Positions 46,867-60,200 of a stretch of DNA of 64,000 nt are shown piece by piece (the stretch's first letter is position 1; each line of letters opens with the position of its first letter). A program made the position numbers and the translations under genes. The stretch spans positions 2,946 through 66,945 of the forward strand of contig JAAOMT010000375.1 in NCBI GenBank assembly GCA_016748015.1, read 5' to 3'. The notes under the pieces are model-generated. The model was not told the origin of the DNA, ran no database searches, and saw only the letters and a program-made list of their open reading frames with translations. The stretch is from Geosiphon pyriformis uo1. Taxonomy: Eukaryota > Fungi > Glomeromycota.

Positions 46867-48397
46867 ATAGTAATAAATATATTATCACAGCTACCAACTA
46901 TCTTACAAAATGAGTAGAAGCAAGAGTCATTTTAGATCAAATAGCAATCTTAATAACCAATTTCATATATAAAAGTATTATTTTTTATTATGGCTGCTCA
47001 AAAGAACTTTTATCTACTAAAAAAAGAGCTTTTCTTAGTATACTGGTTAAAAAACTTTGTAAAAAAATGAGAATACATCATAAACTTTTTTTCTCTTATT
47101 ATCCTTAAACAAATAGTCTAGTAAAACATATTAATAGAACATTATGTAAAACCCTAACCAAAACCAGTAAAGAAACAAATCTATAAAACAAAGTGCTGTC
47201 TTTAGTTTTGCTTGCTTATAGAACTGTAAACCATGACATAACAAGTTATGAACTTTTTTATCTACTTTATAGATGAATAACAACTTTATCAATAGAAACA
47301 AACATTAAAACAATATCTTTTAAAGAAATCACAATAGAAAATTACAAAAACATTTTGCAAAAAAGACTTGATATCATTTTTGACTCTTTAATAGAAGCAT
47401 AAATAATTGCCTTTGAAAAAATAAAACAGTTTCAAGAAAAGCTTAAGAAAAAAAAACTTATAAAACATTTTTTTTAAGTGTTGGTAACTTAGTTTTAAAA
47501 TACTATTCAAACAAAAACAATGTTTATAATAAATTCTCTAGCTAATAAAAAAATTTTTTTATAGTTAATAAAGTTTTAAATAATAGTTTTTATATTTTAC
47601 AAGATCAATATGGAACAATCTTTAATAATTAACTTATTTATAATATGCAATTTAAAAAATATTACAAGCAATCTGATTGGTTATCTGTTGTAATAATATC
47701 GACTCAAATAATTAGCAAAAATTAGATATAAATAAATACATCATTTTTAAAACAGAAGTATTTTTAATTGGCATGAACAATTATTTCCTAGATCAAAACA
47801 TTTAAAATGCTTTCTATATTTTTTATGAATATTGAATCAAAAATTATTCAAATACTACTTTAATTATTGAAAAACAAACTATTATAATTGATAACAATAG
47901 AATATATACTATTATTAAACCAAAAAAAACCACTACCAAAAGAGAAAAAATTGATAGTAAAATAAATAAATATATGCTTAAAAGCATAATAACAAGCATA
48001 TTATTATCTTTTAATACACTTAAAAAAACAATTAAAAAAATTTTTTTTATAAACAAAAACCTATTATATAGAAAATAATTAGATCTTTATGATTAATTTG
48101 GTAAAATTATAGAAGACATAAAACTTATAAAGAAAACAACTTCAATAATACAAGTAGAAATTTTGGACATTATATAATTAAATATTTTAAAAGTTTTGAC
48201 TATTGCTAAAAGAGCCAAAACTTTTATATAAAAATTTGGTCTTTGGATACAAAGCTTATTTTATTTTAGGTATTATATATTTTATTTGCAAAAAATTTTA
48301 ACAAACTAGTTAGTTTTGAGTTAAATAAAAATTTTTAGTTAGAATATCTTATAAATAACTTGATTTTGCTGAAGCTTAATTTCTTTAAAAAAAATAA
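46867..48397 (+). pseudogene. Gypsy element H fragment: integrase core and C-terminus, ORF3 and PPT remnant
   Basis: NKYIITATNYLTK*VEARV, YGCSKELLS, YYP*TNSLVKHINRTL; ends LDFAEA*FL* before an A-rich PPT. Confidence 0.75.
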
Positions 48398-48550
48398 TAT
48401 TATAGTTAAAATTCAGTTTTTATTAGTAATCATATATATTAACCACAAATATCACATAATTAGCCACATTATTTTTAAATAGTAATTAATAACTTAATTA
48501 TTGATCTAATTATTGACCTGATTAATAACTTAATCAATAATTTGACTATT

Positions 48551-49627
48551 ATTATGGATAAACTTGGTAGGATATAATAGTAATATTTGGTGTTCTAATT
48601 TAGTGTTCTAAGATTGTATGTTTTTTACAGAGTTAATGTTTATTAGTCTCTAAAAGTTTTTTTTGGATGTGAATTTACCCATTAAGTTCTTTGATAATAA
48701 GACACAGAATTTTGTCTTTGTATGTTGCAACTTCTTATAAATGTGAGCTATCTTCTTTAAACTAATAAGTGCAGTCATTAAGATCTAGCATTGTCTTTTT
48801 GCCCTTCTGATAAGCTATCAAGATAATGTTAATATCCAAAACTTAAGAGAAGTCTTCTTCTTTTACCAGGCTATCATAAAGTCTATTCCTAGACAATCAA
48901 TTTTCCTATGTTGCTGCTTCATTAGAGAGAATAAAAAAAAAAAAAATTAGTATCTTGTTAATAATTGTAATTAAGAGCTATTAGTTCAAGGTAGTTAAGT
49001 ATTAGATTTTATTAACATGGAGTGTTAATAGTGACAAAAGTGATTAATATTCTTAATCAAGTAATAATAATATGAATTTAATAATAATGAATAATTTAAT
49101 TAATAAGAAAATAATTTTACTTCAAGTTATAGAAAACTATCTTTTGAAGGAAAAATATTGTTGAATTTTCTAAGAATTCTTTTTTTATCTTTTGAAAAAA
49201 AAAGTAATTGAATAATTAATTGTTTTAGTTATATTTTGATTTGAATATGAAATATAATAGATATAAAAAAAAGAATTAATTTTGTTTCTAGCTGTTTGTC
49301 TTTTCTAACTTCTATAACTACTTGCTTTTATACATTCCTTTGGTTTTACAGGATTGCTTTCAATTGTCTTGTTATTGCTAACTATTGCTTTGTTATTTCT
49401 GTTATTGCTTTGTTTTTCTATATTATCGCTATTTATTCTATGTTATAACATATTATTTGGCATTATTATATGTTATTTTGTGTTATCCCACATTATAACA
49501 CGTTATTTTGCATTATCTTAAGTTATAACACATTATTCAACATTATTGCATATTATTCTGTATTATGTTATATTTTGGTTATGTTTTTCTATAACTTCGG
49601 ATTGGTTTTACTACTCAGATAATATTA
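48551..49627 (-). repeat. Decayed solo LTR of the D-related group within a 12-bp TAATTATTGACC-like array
   Basis: Shares TTTTACCAGGCTATC and TAAGAGCTATT..GTTAAGTATT with LTR D; boundaries approximate. Confidence 0.55.
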
Positions 49628-50065
49628 TTAATTATTGACCTAATTAATGATCTGATTATTAACTTGATCAATAATCTAGTTATTAATTACTTTTAATAGC
49701 TATATAAGTAATGAGTCTTTTAACTGTAAAAAAACATAATTAAAGTAATAAAATAAAACTTACTATTAATTATTTTCTCATATATTGCTTATTTCTTTTT
49801 TTCTATCTTTAAGTATTTAAATATTTTGAAATAAAAGATTACTTATTGGCATTCACATACCTTATTTTTTTTTTGATTTGTATTGTTAAGAATTAGTCTA
49901 AAAAGCAATTACTTGCTCTTATAATTTATTGAATAAAAAAACAATTGAAAAACACAATAATACTTGTTATTAATTTTAAGAATTACTGAATTAAGGCATA
50001 AAATAATAGCAGCAGTATTATTTTATTAAAAATTATAGACTATTTCTCTATTTTTAAATTTCCAG

Positions 50066-51716
50066 TATTATTAGAAATTTTTGGTCTCTTTTCTTGAATG
50101 TTGTTAATATCTGTTTGCTGTAAATTTACATTTTTTGAAAGCTAATAAATCTCTAATAACTGAATTTATTTTCAAATTATCTTCTATAATTTGAACTGTT
50201 GGGCTTATAAATAAAATAGCCAATTTTGTATTAGTTATTTTATATAATTATGTTGTAGTAAACATTAATTTTTTTCCAGGAATTGCTTATTTCAAAACTT
50301 ATTAAAAATGTGTAGTTACTTTGCTATAAAAGTCAACTTTTCTACAAAAATTTTATCTGTAAACTATTCTATTAATTATAATAAAAAAAATAAAAAAAAA
50401 TGCAGAAGAAATAAAATTTTATCAAGAGAAATGTTTTCTATTCAGGTTTGGAATTACTAATAAATTATTGAAATTGGTAGCTAATTAATTTCAAAATATT
50501 AATTGGGTTTTGGAGAATTATCAAGTATATTAATCAAAGATTGAGTGTTCAAATATTTATTTTTATTGATTTGTCAAGATGTGTAAAAGATGATTGCTTT
50601 TAATTAAGATATCTAATAAAAATATATATTTTCTCAAAGAGAAAAGCTCTTCTTTTATACAATTTATTATAGTACTAGTCTATGAATTTGAACTTTCTTC
50701 TTTGCTATGCTTTTAATAAACTAAAGATATATTTTGATAAACTACAAGTTATTTCTACAAACTATTGATTTTTTTTAGTGAACTATCAATTATTTTGGCA
50801 AATTTCTACAAATTTTGGCGAATTTTTGAATGTTAAGTAGTTTAAAGTATTATGTAAATTGATCATCTTAATTTCTATAATATAATTAGATTATTAATTA
50901 AATAATGATATTTAATAATTTGATTAAATAATAAGTGAAAATTGAAAACAATTAATAATATATGCTAATTATAATAGAAATTATAAGGGTAATTTCATGT
51001 TAGTTAATAGCTAAATTTTTACTGGTAACATAATCTCTTCCTTAAGACTGAGTTTCATCAAAGTCCAAGTACTATCTATAATATTAAGATAGTAGTCCAA
51101 AATAACTGTTGTGATTTGGTCTGAAAATTGTTGAAATTTCAGTTTTGTAAATTTGCCAATGTATTATATTTTCATTGATTGAAATATTGAATTTTATAAG
51201 ATGTTTTTGCAAGTGTTAAATAAGTCATAAAGTCTAAATGCTGCTCTAAGTTTGTAGTAAGTGTTTGTTGGTTCAGTTGTTGTCTTGAATTTGTTGTAAA
51301 TTTGTTTTTGTATAGCTTCAGGAGTGAAGTTTGTTGTTGCAAGTTCTAATTTTTGTTCATAAAGTGTTCTTCTAATATGAAAATATTTATATATAAAGGT
51401 ATATTCATTATTTTGTTCATTAAAATACTGTAGAAGTTTTTTTTGTATTGTAGTATTTGGAGAAATGTTAATAGAAGAAAATAAAAGGTTTTTTTAATGC
51501 TTGCTTCAAAAGTTCTGGTAATTAAATTCTAGATTAACTTCTTGTGTTTTTTTTATAAGAGTTAGAATTCTGTGAATTGTTTACTACTAGAGCTGTGATT
51601 TCTTTCTAAATGTAATTAATTTAACTTCTATTAATTATTATGAATAAGTTAAGAAGTATTTTTAAGATTAATATTAATTTTTGGAATATTTGTTAAATGT
51701 TTTAAAAAATAAGCAT
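50066..51716 (-). mobile_element. Gypsy element F, 3' end: family B LTR (50066-51030), PPT and ORF3; interrupted by element E
   Basis: The LTR ends GGTAACA at 51030, followed by the reverse complement of a PPT (TAATCTCTTCCTT) and an ORF3-like reading frame. Confidence 0.85.
51042..51716 (-). pseudogene. ORF3 of element F (unknown function)
   Basis: YKYFHIRRTLYEQKLEL..QKQIYNKF..YKLRAAFRLYDLFNTCKNIL..YIGKFTKLKFQQF..DFDETQS*. Confidence 0.7.
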
Positions 51717-52636
51717 TGTTACAGATGATGGTTTGGGATATGGAAACAAATAATAAACTCATAACTTAGTGCTTAATAAGTAAATGATATAATGATATTG
51801 GTTTCTAAAGATTTTGGTATCTGAAGGTTTTGGTTGAATTTTTTGTATAATGGACAGAAATTCAATGGTAGTTTTATCCATAGCTTCCTGGAATCACAAT
51901 TCCATTAAATTTCTTTCTTAGCATAATGGTCAGTAATCTTTCTGGTAAGCTATTCTCAATCTTTGAGTGTTCTACTCTTATTTTTGGATCTTTTACCAGT
52001 TACTTTGATATTAGTAACTTAGTGTTTAATCCTTAATCAATTAGTAAACAACAAAAAAAAAGAAAATAAATAAAAATAAAAGAAAATAAAGAAAATCTCT
52101 AATAAAGTGGCAGTAGTAATCTGTAAATTTCAAAAATACTTATAGTTCGGTCAAGTTGGTTGGTACTGGAAATTTTTTTAGTATTTTGATCTTATTTGGA
52201 TCTGTTTTGATGCCATCTTTGCTTATAATATGTTCCAAGAATTTTAATTCTGTTTTGCTGAAGAAATATTTGTTTGCATTTAATTTTAATCCTGCTTATC
52301 TGAGTCTTTCAAACACTTGTTAGAAGTAATAAAGATGATTATTAAATATTTTTGAGAACACATTGGTGTTATTCAAATATACAACTACCAATTTTCATAG
52401 TAGTCCAATATAAACAATTTCCATTAATCATTGGAATATAACTAGAGCATTTATTAAGCCAAATGGCATTACTTTGAATTCAAAATTTTCCTCTTTTATT
52501 GTGAATGCAGTTTTTTCTTTGTCAGCTAAATTCATGGCTACTTGCCAGTAACTATTATCTAAATTCAATGTTGAAAATCATTTCTTTCCACTAAAAGTGT
52601 CAAATAATTCTTGGATCTGTGGGGTCAGATAACTGT

Positions 52637-53530
52637 TGTTACAGATGCTTATTTGGGTCTCAAATCAAATAACAAATCTGTAACTTGGTGCTCAATATCT
52701 TAATAATGTTGGTAATACTGGTATGTTGGTTGTATCTGAAGGTTTTAGAGTTGAGTCCTTTGTATAATAGATAAAGATTCTTTGTTGATGTTATTTACAG
52801 TTGTCTTGTAAGTTGTTTCCAATTTCTTTTTCAGCTTGGTGGCCAGAATTATTTTGGCAGTTGTGCCTTTTAGTAAGCTATCCATTAATATATATATATA
52901 ATTTTACCCTTATTTCTGGGTCTTTTACCAGGCTATCTGTGACGTCAATTACTCAGCACTTTAATTCTTAACCAGTTAGTATATGACAATAAAAATCAAA
53001 GAAATAAATAAATAAAATAAAATAAAATAAAAAAATGAGCCAAGGTAATATGCATGTTAGTATTTTGTCAATAGCCATAATTAAGAGCTATTGTTCCAGT
53101 ATGGTTAAGTATTAATTATTATCAACATAAAGTGTTGATAGTGAAGAGTGAATTTGGATAATGAATGATTTATTTATTTAATATTTTTGAATGGAAGATT
53201 TCTAACTAAAAGATTCCTTCTCTTTCTACTTTTAATACTATTGCTATATATACATAATTGATGTTCTATAAGATCACTCATATTTCTGAGCAATGTGCTA
53301 TGATTTCTTGAGCAATGCTCACATTGCTGAGTGATGTGCTCTAATTTTTTAACATCACTTCATATTGCTAAGCAATGTGCTGTGTTTTCTGACATTGCTT
53401 CATATTGCTGAGCAATGTGCCATAATTTCTATCATTGCTCTACATTGCTGAGCAATGTGCTCACGTGCTACATACTATTCACTCATTGGTCTATTATTCT
53501 CCTTATATCTGTTTTTTTTTATGAGTAACA
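52637..53530 (-). repeat. 3' LTR of element D
   Basis: TGTTACAG...GAGTAACA; direct repeat of 61772-62660; adjacent PPT at 53531-53546. Confidence 0.95.
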
Positions 53531-53544
53531 TTATTTTCTCCTTT

Positions 53545-54171
53545 TTAATATTGAGCTCTGTTGAAATCTTTATTCTAAATTAGCTTTAATACTTTTTTTT
53601 CTAATATTGTTTGTTCAACTTTATTTTTCACATCTTTTACTTGTACATTGTTCATTCTTCCCCATTGGTTAATGGTTATGGTTTCCATGTCAGAGTGTAA
53701 TAGTATGTCTGGATAGTTCTGAAATATATTGTAAATTGTTCTCACATGTAGTGTTGAGTTTGGTTTTTTTCCAATAAATTTTTCAATTTGCCATATTATG
53801 TTTTGGTTAAATATTCTCTTGGATTTGTCAATATACAACTCCTGAATATTCAACTTCTGACCTAATTGGTAGTAACAGTATGATATTGAAAGTTGTTCTG
53901 TCTATTGCTTCCAATTCTCTTTTGTAAGTTCTTCTGTTGGTGCCATAATAAGTATTTTCCCAAAAGTGTCTTTTACTTTTTCTATTATGTTATCTGACCA
54001 GTTTTTATCATTCTTTGGTAACCACTAATATGGTGTATTCTTTGTCTTTCTTTTGGTGTTTTGATAGCAAATTGTTTAGTTGTTAACAATAATTTCCATG
54101 TCTAAAGATTGTTGACTTAAGGCCTGGAATAATTGTTAAGCTATGGTATAAATATGATCTGGTATTTCCAT
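53545..54171 (-). pseudogene. ORF3 of element D, 208 codons, unknown function
   Basis: One frame from the ATG at 54171 (MEIPDHIYTIA) to DFNRAQY*, broken only by TAA/TAG codons consistent with CAA/CAG; includes the listed ORF 53575-53853. Confidence 0.8.
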
Positions 54172-54239
54172 TTTTTTTGGTTGCTTTTGTCATGTATACT
54201 GTCTCTTTATATACTCTTTTATTGTTTAATTTTATGTGT

Positions 54240-57200
54240 TTGGTCCAATAATTATGATTGGTTTCAGATCTTGTGGAATCTTATCTGGTTGGACTAGTAT
54301 TTATTGTACTCCCAGTTGTGGAATGTTATTGGTAGATGATGATGCTATTTGGTGATATGGTTTCAGTCGATTACTATGTGCTGCTTTGGCTAAAATTTTA
54401 TTGTCCCATCTTAATTTATAAGCTCCATTTCCAAGAATTTCTTCTATGTAAAATGATCCATCCCATTTGGGGTCGAATTTTCCACTCCATTATTTTTCTG
54501 CTTTGGTATGATGTAGAAGTACTTTGTCTCCAATCTTGAATTCAAGTGGTTTATCTAGTAATTAGTTATTGTGTTGTTTTTTTTGGTTTTCTTGAGCTTT
54601 TTGTATGTTATCAGCTTTTCATTATCTGTTTTCTAGTGTTTCCATTAAGTCATATGTTTTTCTTAACAATGTTTCTTGGAAATTAGCTTCTGTTATTGGT
54701 TCAATTGAATATGTATTGACCTTTATCTCAACTGGTAATGTTGCTGTTCTACCATATACCAATTCAAATAGTGTTGCTTGTATGGTATTTTGCTTCATTG
54801 TCCAATAAGCAAATAGTACTGATGGTATGAACAAATTCCATTCATCTTGGTTTTTTTGACTGATTTTGGCGATTGCTTTACACAATGTTCTATTGAATCT
54901 TTCAACTAGTCCATTGGTTTGTAGATAATATGGTGATAATAATGGTCTTTTTATCCCAAATTTCTAACTTAATTTTGTTAATGTTTTATTCACAAAATGA
55001 GTTTTTTGATCTGATAGTAATTCTTTTGGACATCTATGTTGACAAATCAAATTTTGATGGATGAATTTAGCAACAGATTTTACATCTGCTCTTTGAATTG
55101 CTTTTGTTTTTGGCTATTTTGTAAGAGAGTCTATAGCCACTGCAATATATCTGTTGCCTCTACTGGTGATTGTTAATGGTTTAACTAAGTCAATTCCAAT
55201 GTGGTTAAATGGTTGTCCTACTTTGATTGGTCTTAATGATTCACTGAGTTTTGTTTTTCCTCTTCTTTGACAAGCATCACAACTTTGAACATATTAGATG
55301 ATGTCTGGATACATTAATGACCAATAGTATTTTTTTCTGGTTCTTTCTATGGTTGCTTCTTTATGAAAATGTTCTGCTATTGGATCTAAGTGCATGTTAA
55401 ACAATATTGTTTCTTTTTCTGATTCTGTAATTACTCTGGTTGGTTGGTCTAAATTTCTTCTGTTTTTCTGGTAAAGTATATTTTAATGATTGATAAAATA
55501 TTTTGATTGCTGTTTTATGTTGTTTTGTTTTTTTTGAGATAATTTCTACTTGAACAATTAAGTATTTATATAATGCTGAAGTTGTTGGTATTTTTGTGTA
55601 TTCATTTTTTGTTATATTTTTGGGTTGAAATGTTTTTAGATTTGTTTCATTTATGACAATCTGTTAGCATTTCCATTGTCTTTTCTCTTTTTATAATGTA
55701 CTGTATAATTGAATGGTGAAAGTTCTATTTTCCATCTGGCATGGCAATTGTCTACAAATTCTTGTTTCTGGATTGAAGTCAATTCTTTGTGATCTGTATA
55801 TATTTCAAACTTTTGGCTCAAGTATTCTTTCTATTTAATGACAGCCTAATAGATTGCTAAGTGTTTTAGTGCTGAAGTTCCATAGTTTTTTTCAGCTGGA
55901 CTTAAACTTTTACTGGCATAAGCTATTGGATGCTCTCTTCTATCAGGTTTTTTCTGTAATAGTACTGCTCCCAATGCTTGACCTAATGTATCAGTAGTAA
56001 TGATGAATGATTTGTTGTAATCTGGATACATCAATACTGGAGCTTGGATAAGCTTTCTTTTTAATGTATTGAATGCTTTTTGTTGAGCTTCAGTTCATTT
56101 ATACTTTACATTCTTGGTTTGTAGATGGTAAAGTGGCTAAGCTAGTTTAAAAAAATCCTTGATAAAGCGGTGATAGTAGTCTGTGAATTCCAAAAATGCC
56201 CTTAGTTCTGGCAAGTTGGCTAGTACTGGAAAGTTCTTAACTACTTTGATCTTGTCTGGATCTGTTTTAATTTTGTTTTTGCTTACCACATGTCCCAAAA
56301 ACTTGAGTTCAGTTTTTTCAAAGAAACATTTGGTTGTATTTAGTTTCAATTCAGCTTTTCTTAATCTTTCAAATACTTGTTGGAAATGATGCAAATGATC
56401 ATCGAATGTTTTTGAAAACACATTGGTGTCATTCAAGTATACGACTACTGATTTCCATAGTAATTTAGTATAGACAATTTCCATGAGCCATTGGAATGTT
56501 GCTGGAGCATTCATCAAACCAAATGGCATGACTTCAAACTCAAAATTTTCTTCTCTTGTGGTAAATGCTGTTTTTTCTTTGTTAGTTGAATCCATGGCTA
56601 CTTGTCAGTAACCACTATCTAAGTCCAGTATTGAGAACCATTTATTTCCTCCAAAAGCATTGAATAGTTCTTGAATCTTTAGAGTTGGATAGCTATTATC
56701 TTTTGTTACTCCATTCAGTTTTCAGTAGTCTACACAAAAATGGATTTTTCTATTCTTCTTATAAACTAGTACTACTGATGACAACCATGGATTTATTGAT
56801 GGCTGAATTAGCCTGTTGTCAAGCATCCAGTTGATTTCTTGACAAATGATCTTATGGCTAGCTAGTGGTACTCTGTATGCTTTTTGTTTAATTGGCATTG
56901 CATCTCTAGTCTTAATTTGATGTCAGATGATGTTGGTTCGGCCAAATTTATTTTTGCTAGCAAAGATGTGGAAAATCTGGAATGTGATTTGGTGGTTGAT
57001 CCTCAACTTCAGTGGTCAAATATCCAATAATAGTTCTTTTTGGTATTTCAATGACACTTCCAGTTGTGTTGTAGATGGGAATTTTGATGTTTTTTGGGCT
57101 TTTGGCTAATATGTAGAGATTAGTGAGTCCAATCTCCCCTGATTCACAAATAGTGGCTTTTGCTTCAAACAACTAAGCCTGATTCTTTACTTCTCTTTTT

Positions 57201-60200
57201 ATAGGTAACATATACTGGTCATATGGTAGAATGGAAATTGATTGATGAGTTGAGATAATTTCTTCTTTGTCAATAACTTTTTCCTCCACCATATTAACTG
57301 GTATGTCTATTCTATCTATTGATCCGAATCTTTGTATCTCTCTAGCAGTAATCTCTAATTCTTCCCTGTTTCCCACTAACACTAATTAAGCTATTTTTAC
57401 TAGAGATATGAATATTGCTTGTGTTATCTTTTTGTTTGGCTCTATGATATAGGCCTTTTCAGAGTCATTTTGTAGCATAGCAATAATATTTCCTACATAT
57501 CTTGGGTCAATTATTTCTCCTCTGATGTTGATTTCTTTTTTTGCTAGATTATTTTTAGATGCTAATTGAACCATAGTTGTTGCTGAAATTTTCAGAGCTA
57601 TTTTAAGATCAATATATGTGCACGAATTTGGTTTCAATTTGATGGCTTCTTTTCCTGGATATCTCAGATCAAACCCTACATCAGTATCATGTGCACGTTC
57701 TGGCATAATACTTTTATTATTGTCACTATACTATTTGAGTTCTTGCTCTTTAGATAGATTAGAAAGTGCAATATATATTTCAGGGTTTAAATTAGAGTCT
57801 GAATTGCTGATATTTTTGTTGCAATTTTGAGCAGAGCTAAAACCATTATTTTCATCATTGTTGTTGTTAGAGTTTGAATTGGGATTGAAAATTGATTCTG
57901 ATTCTGATGCACAGTTGCTAATTGGTTCTTTTTCCTCTAAGATCATGTAGATCATGCATGGTGGTGGATTGTAAATAAGGTTACACTCATTACAATATTG
58001 AAAGTCATATGGAATCAAACAGTGGTTACATAGTTGAGTGTTGATTTTTTCCAAGCATTGCTCCTGCTCTTTTCTTGTAGATGCTAGCTTTTGATAGTGT
58101 TTGTGAAATTGTTTTGGATTCAGAAGATTTATAACTGGTTCTGGATTCCAGTCAAGTTTTATAGGTTCAGGTGGGTTATTTTTAATTGTTTTTATCTCTT
58201 CTGGTGTCACTCCTTTGATTTTGGCAAGTGTCATTTGCCAGATTTTGTTATCATTATGTGAATATCTGTCCAGACGTTTGATGGCTCATCTTTAGACAGT
58301 GTCTATGGGTGTTCCTTTTTTCACTCAGTCGCTTATGAGAATCGTGTATTGACACAATTCATTGCATATTTCCCTTCGCTCAGGAATGTCATTCCACATT
58401 CCTTTGTCCAGAAGAGTTTTTTTACAAGCCAAGCATGGTTCATTGTCCTATTTCCCAACCCATTTTAGCCTTCCAAAGTGTTTGATGATGCATGGGCAGC
58501 AGTAGAATTTTGTTGCCAAAGCATACTCCTCATCATCACCACAACAAGCACCCATTGATGACAATTTCTTGCTGCAATCAATGCATACCAGTTTTGGGTA
58601 GTGATAAGTGAATTGGTAGAGTGTAATATAGGAATTATAAATGGGGTTGTTGTCAGTTGTTGGTTCTTTTTCCTTCTCCTTTCCTTTTTCCTTTTTGTCT
58701 TCTTTTCATTCCCAATTTATTTGTTCTTTCTGATCATTGTCAGTTTTCCAGGCTTGGTTGGCTTTCCAGATAAGTTTTTTGCTCTGCTTTCCTTTGCTGT
58801 TGTTGTTTCACAAAGATACTGGCGGCAGTTCGTTGTGTTCAGTGTCAGCCCAGGAAACTTGGTAGGCTTTCCAAATAAGTTTTTTCTCCTCTTCCTCGAA
58901 TTTGATAAGTGGAGTTGTCAAGTTGGTGGTTTTGAAATAGCCACACGTGACTGGTATACATGTGTGTCAGCTGTTCTGGCTAATTTGAAGCTCCTGCATA
59001 TTCCAATCAAGCAATACATTGGTTTTGTATAGCCAATTATTTCCAATGAGTGCTTTGGTATTGGGTGGCTTCCATGACCAGTACTTTGATTGGAACTATG
59101 ATACCATTGACTTCAATAAAAAAGTTGTTGATCTCACCAATGGGAGTTTTTGTTGCTCCATCAGTGGTTATGATCTTGGCACTAACAACACGATCAACTT
59201 GGCAACCTAATTGGTCTATGAGTTGTTTTGTAATGATGCTGCCAACTGATCCACTGTCTAGGATCAGTTTGATGGAGTGGCCATCAACTTTGGCATCAGT
59301 ATACATGGCCATAAGAGGTTTTTTTTCAGAGCAGCTCCACTAAATAACAGTGTGATTGATGGTTCTTTGAGTTTAAATGAGAAAATGGCATCCAGTGATT
59401 CGTTCTTGGTAATGATAGCTGGTAGAATGTTGCTAGTAAGCATTGGTTGTTGGTTGGTTTCTGGATTATTAGGTTGGGCGTTTTCTGTAGTAACCAGGAG
59501 ACTTAAATAGTTCTGAAAATTTGGGTTTTGGCATACTTAGTGCCCAAATTCCATTGTTGAGATCCTGCTGGTTGTGTGGAAGAACTGGGGATTGGTTAGT
59601 AAACTACCATCAATGATCTTCAGCTTTGTTGGATCAATCTCAGCCTTTGGATTCCATTTTGAGGTAAGTTCTGTGGCAGTGTTTGAATTTGTTGGGGCTG
59701 ATAGATTACCTAAGGCTGCAGCTGATAAATAGATTGTGACTGCAGCTAATAAATTTTCAGTGTTGTTAGTTGATAAATTGGTGCTTAATATATTGGTAGA
59801 TAATAAAGTGGCTGCTGGGTCATAAGTATGTAATTCTGATGATATGGCTCTGAATTTGGTAGGTTATTTGGAATTTGAAACTGGCAATCGGAGTTTTGAT
59901 ATTGATTTTCCAATCATTGATTATTTAAGTGATGGTGGCAATCGATATTGATTTCCCAATCATTGGTTATTTAAGCGATAGTGGCAATTAATATTGATTT
60001 CCCAATCATTGGTTATTTAAGCAATGGTGGCAATCGATTTGTAGGTGTCTTTGTTTACCACAATAGTGGCAAACATGCATTTTCTGTTGCCACTGTTGAT
60101 TGGTCGATGATAGTAGATGCGACTGATTCTAAAAACGATTTGTGTTTCTGGAATTATTGTATTATTGTGGTGGTTGATAAATTGCGCGATTGTTAGCTAA

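Noticed and set aside
53545-54171. ORF3 as an envelope gene
   Set aside because: Too short, with no signal peptide, furin site or transmembrane segment visible.
54240-54540. Chromodomain at the integrase C-terminus
   Set aside because: Only a GPY/F SH3-like tail followed by a low-complexity end; no chromodomain aromatic pattern.
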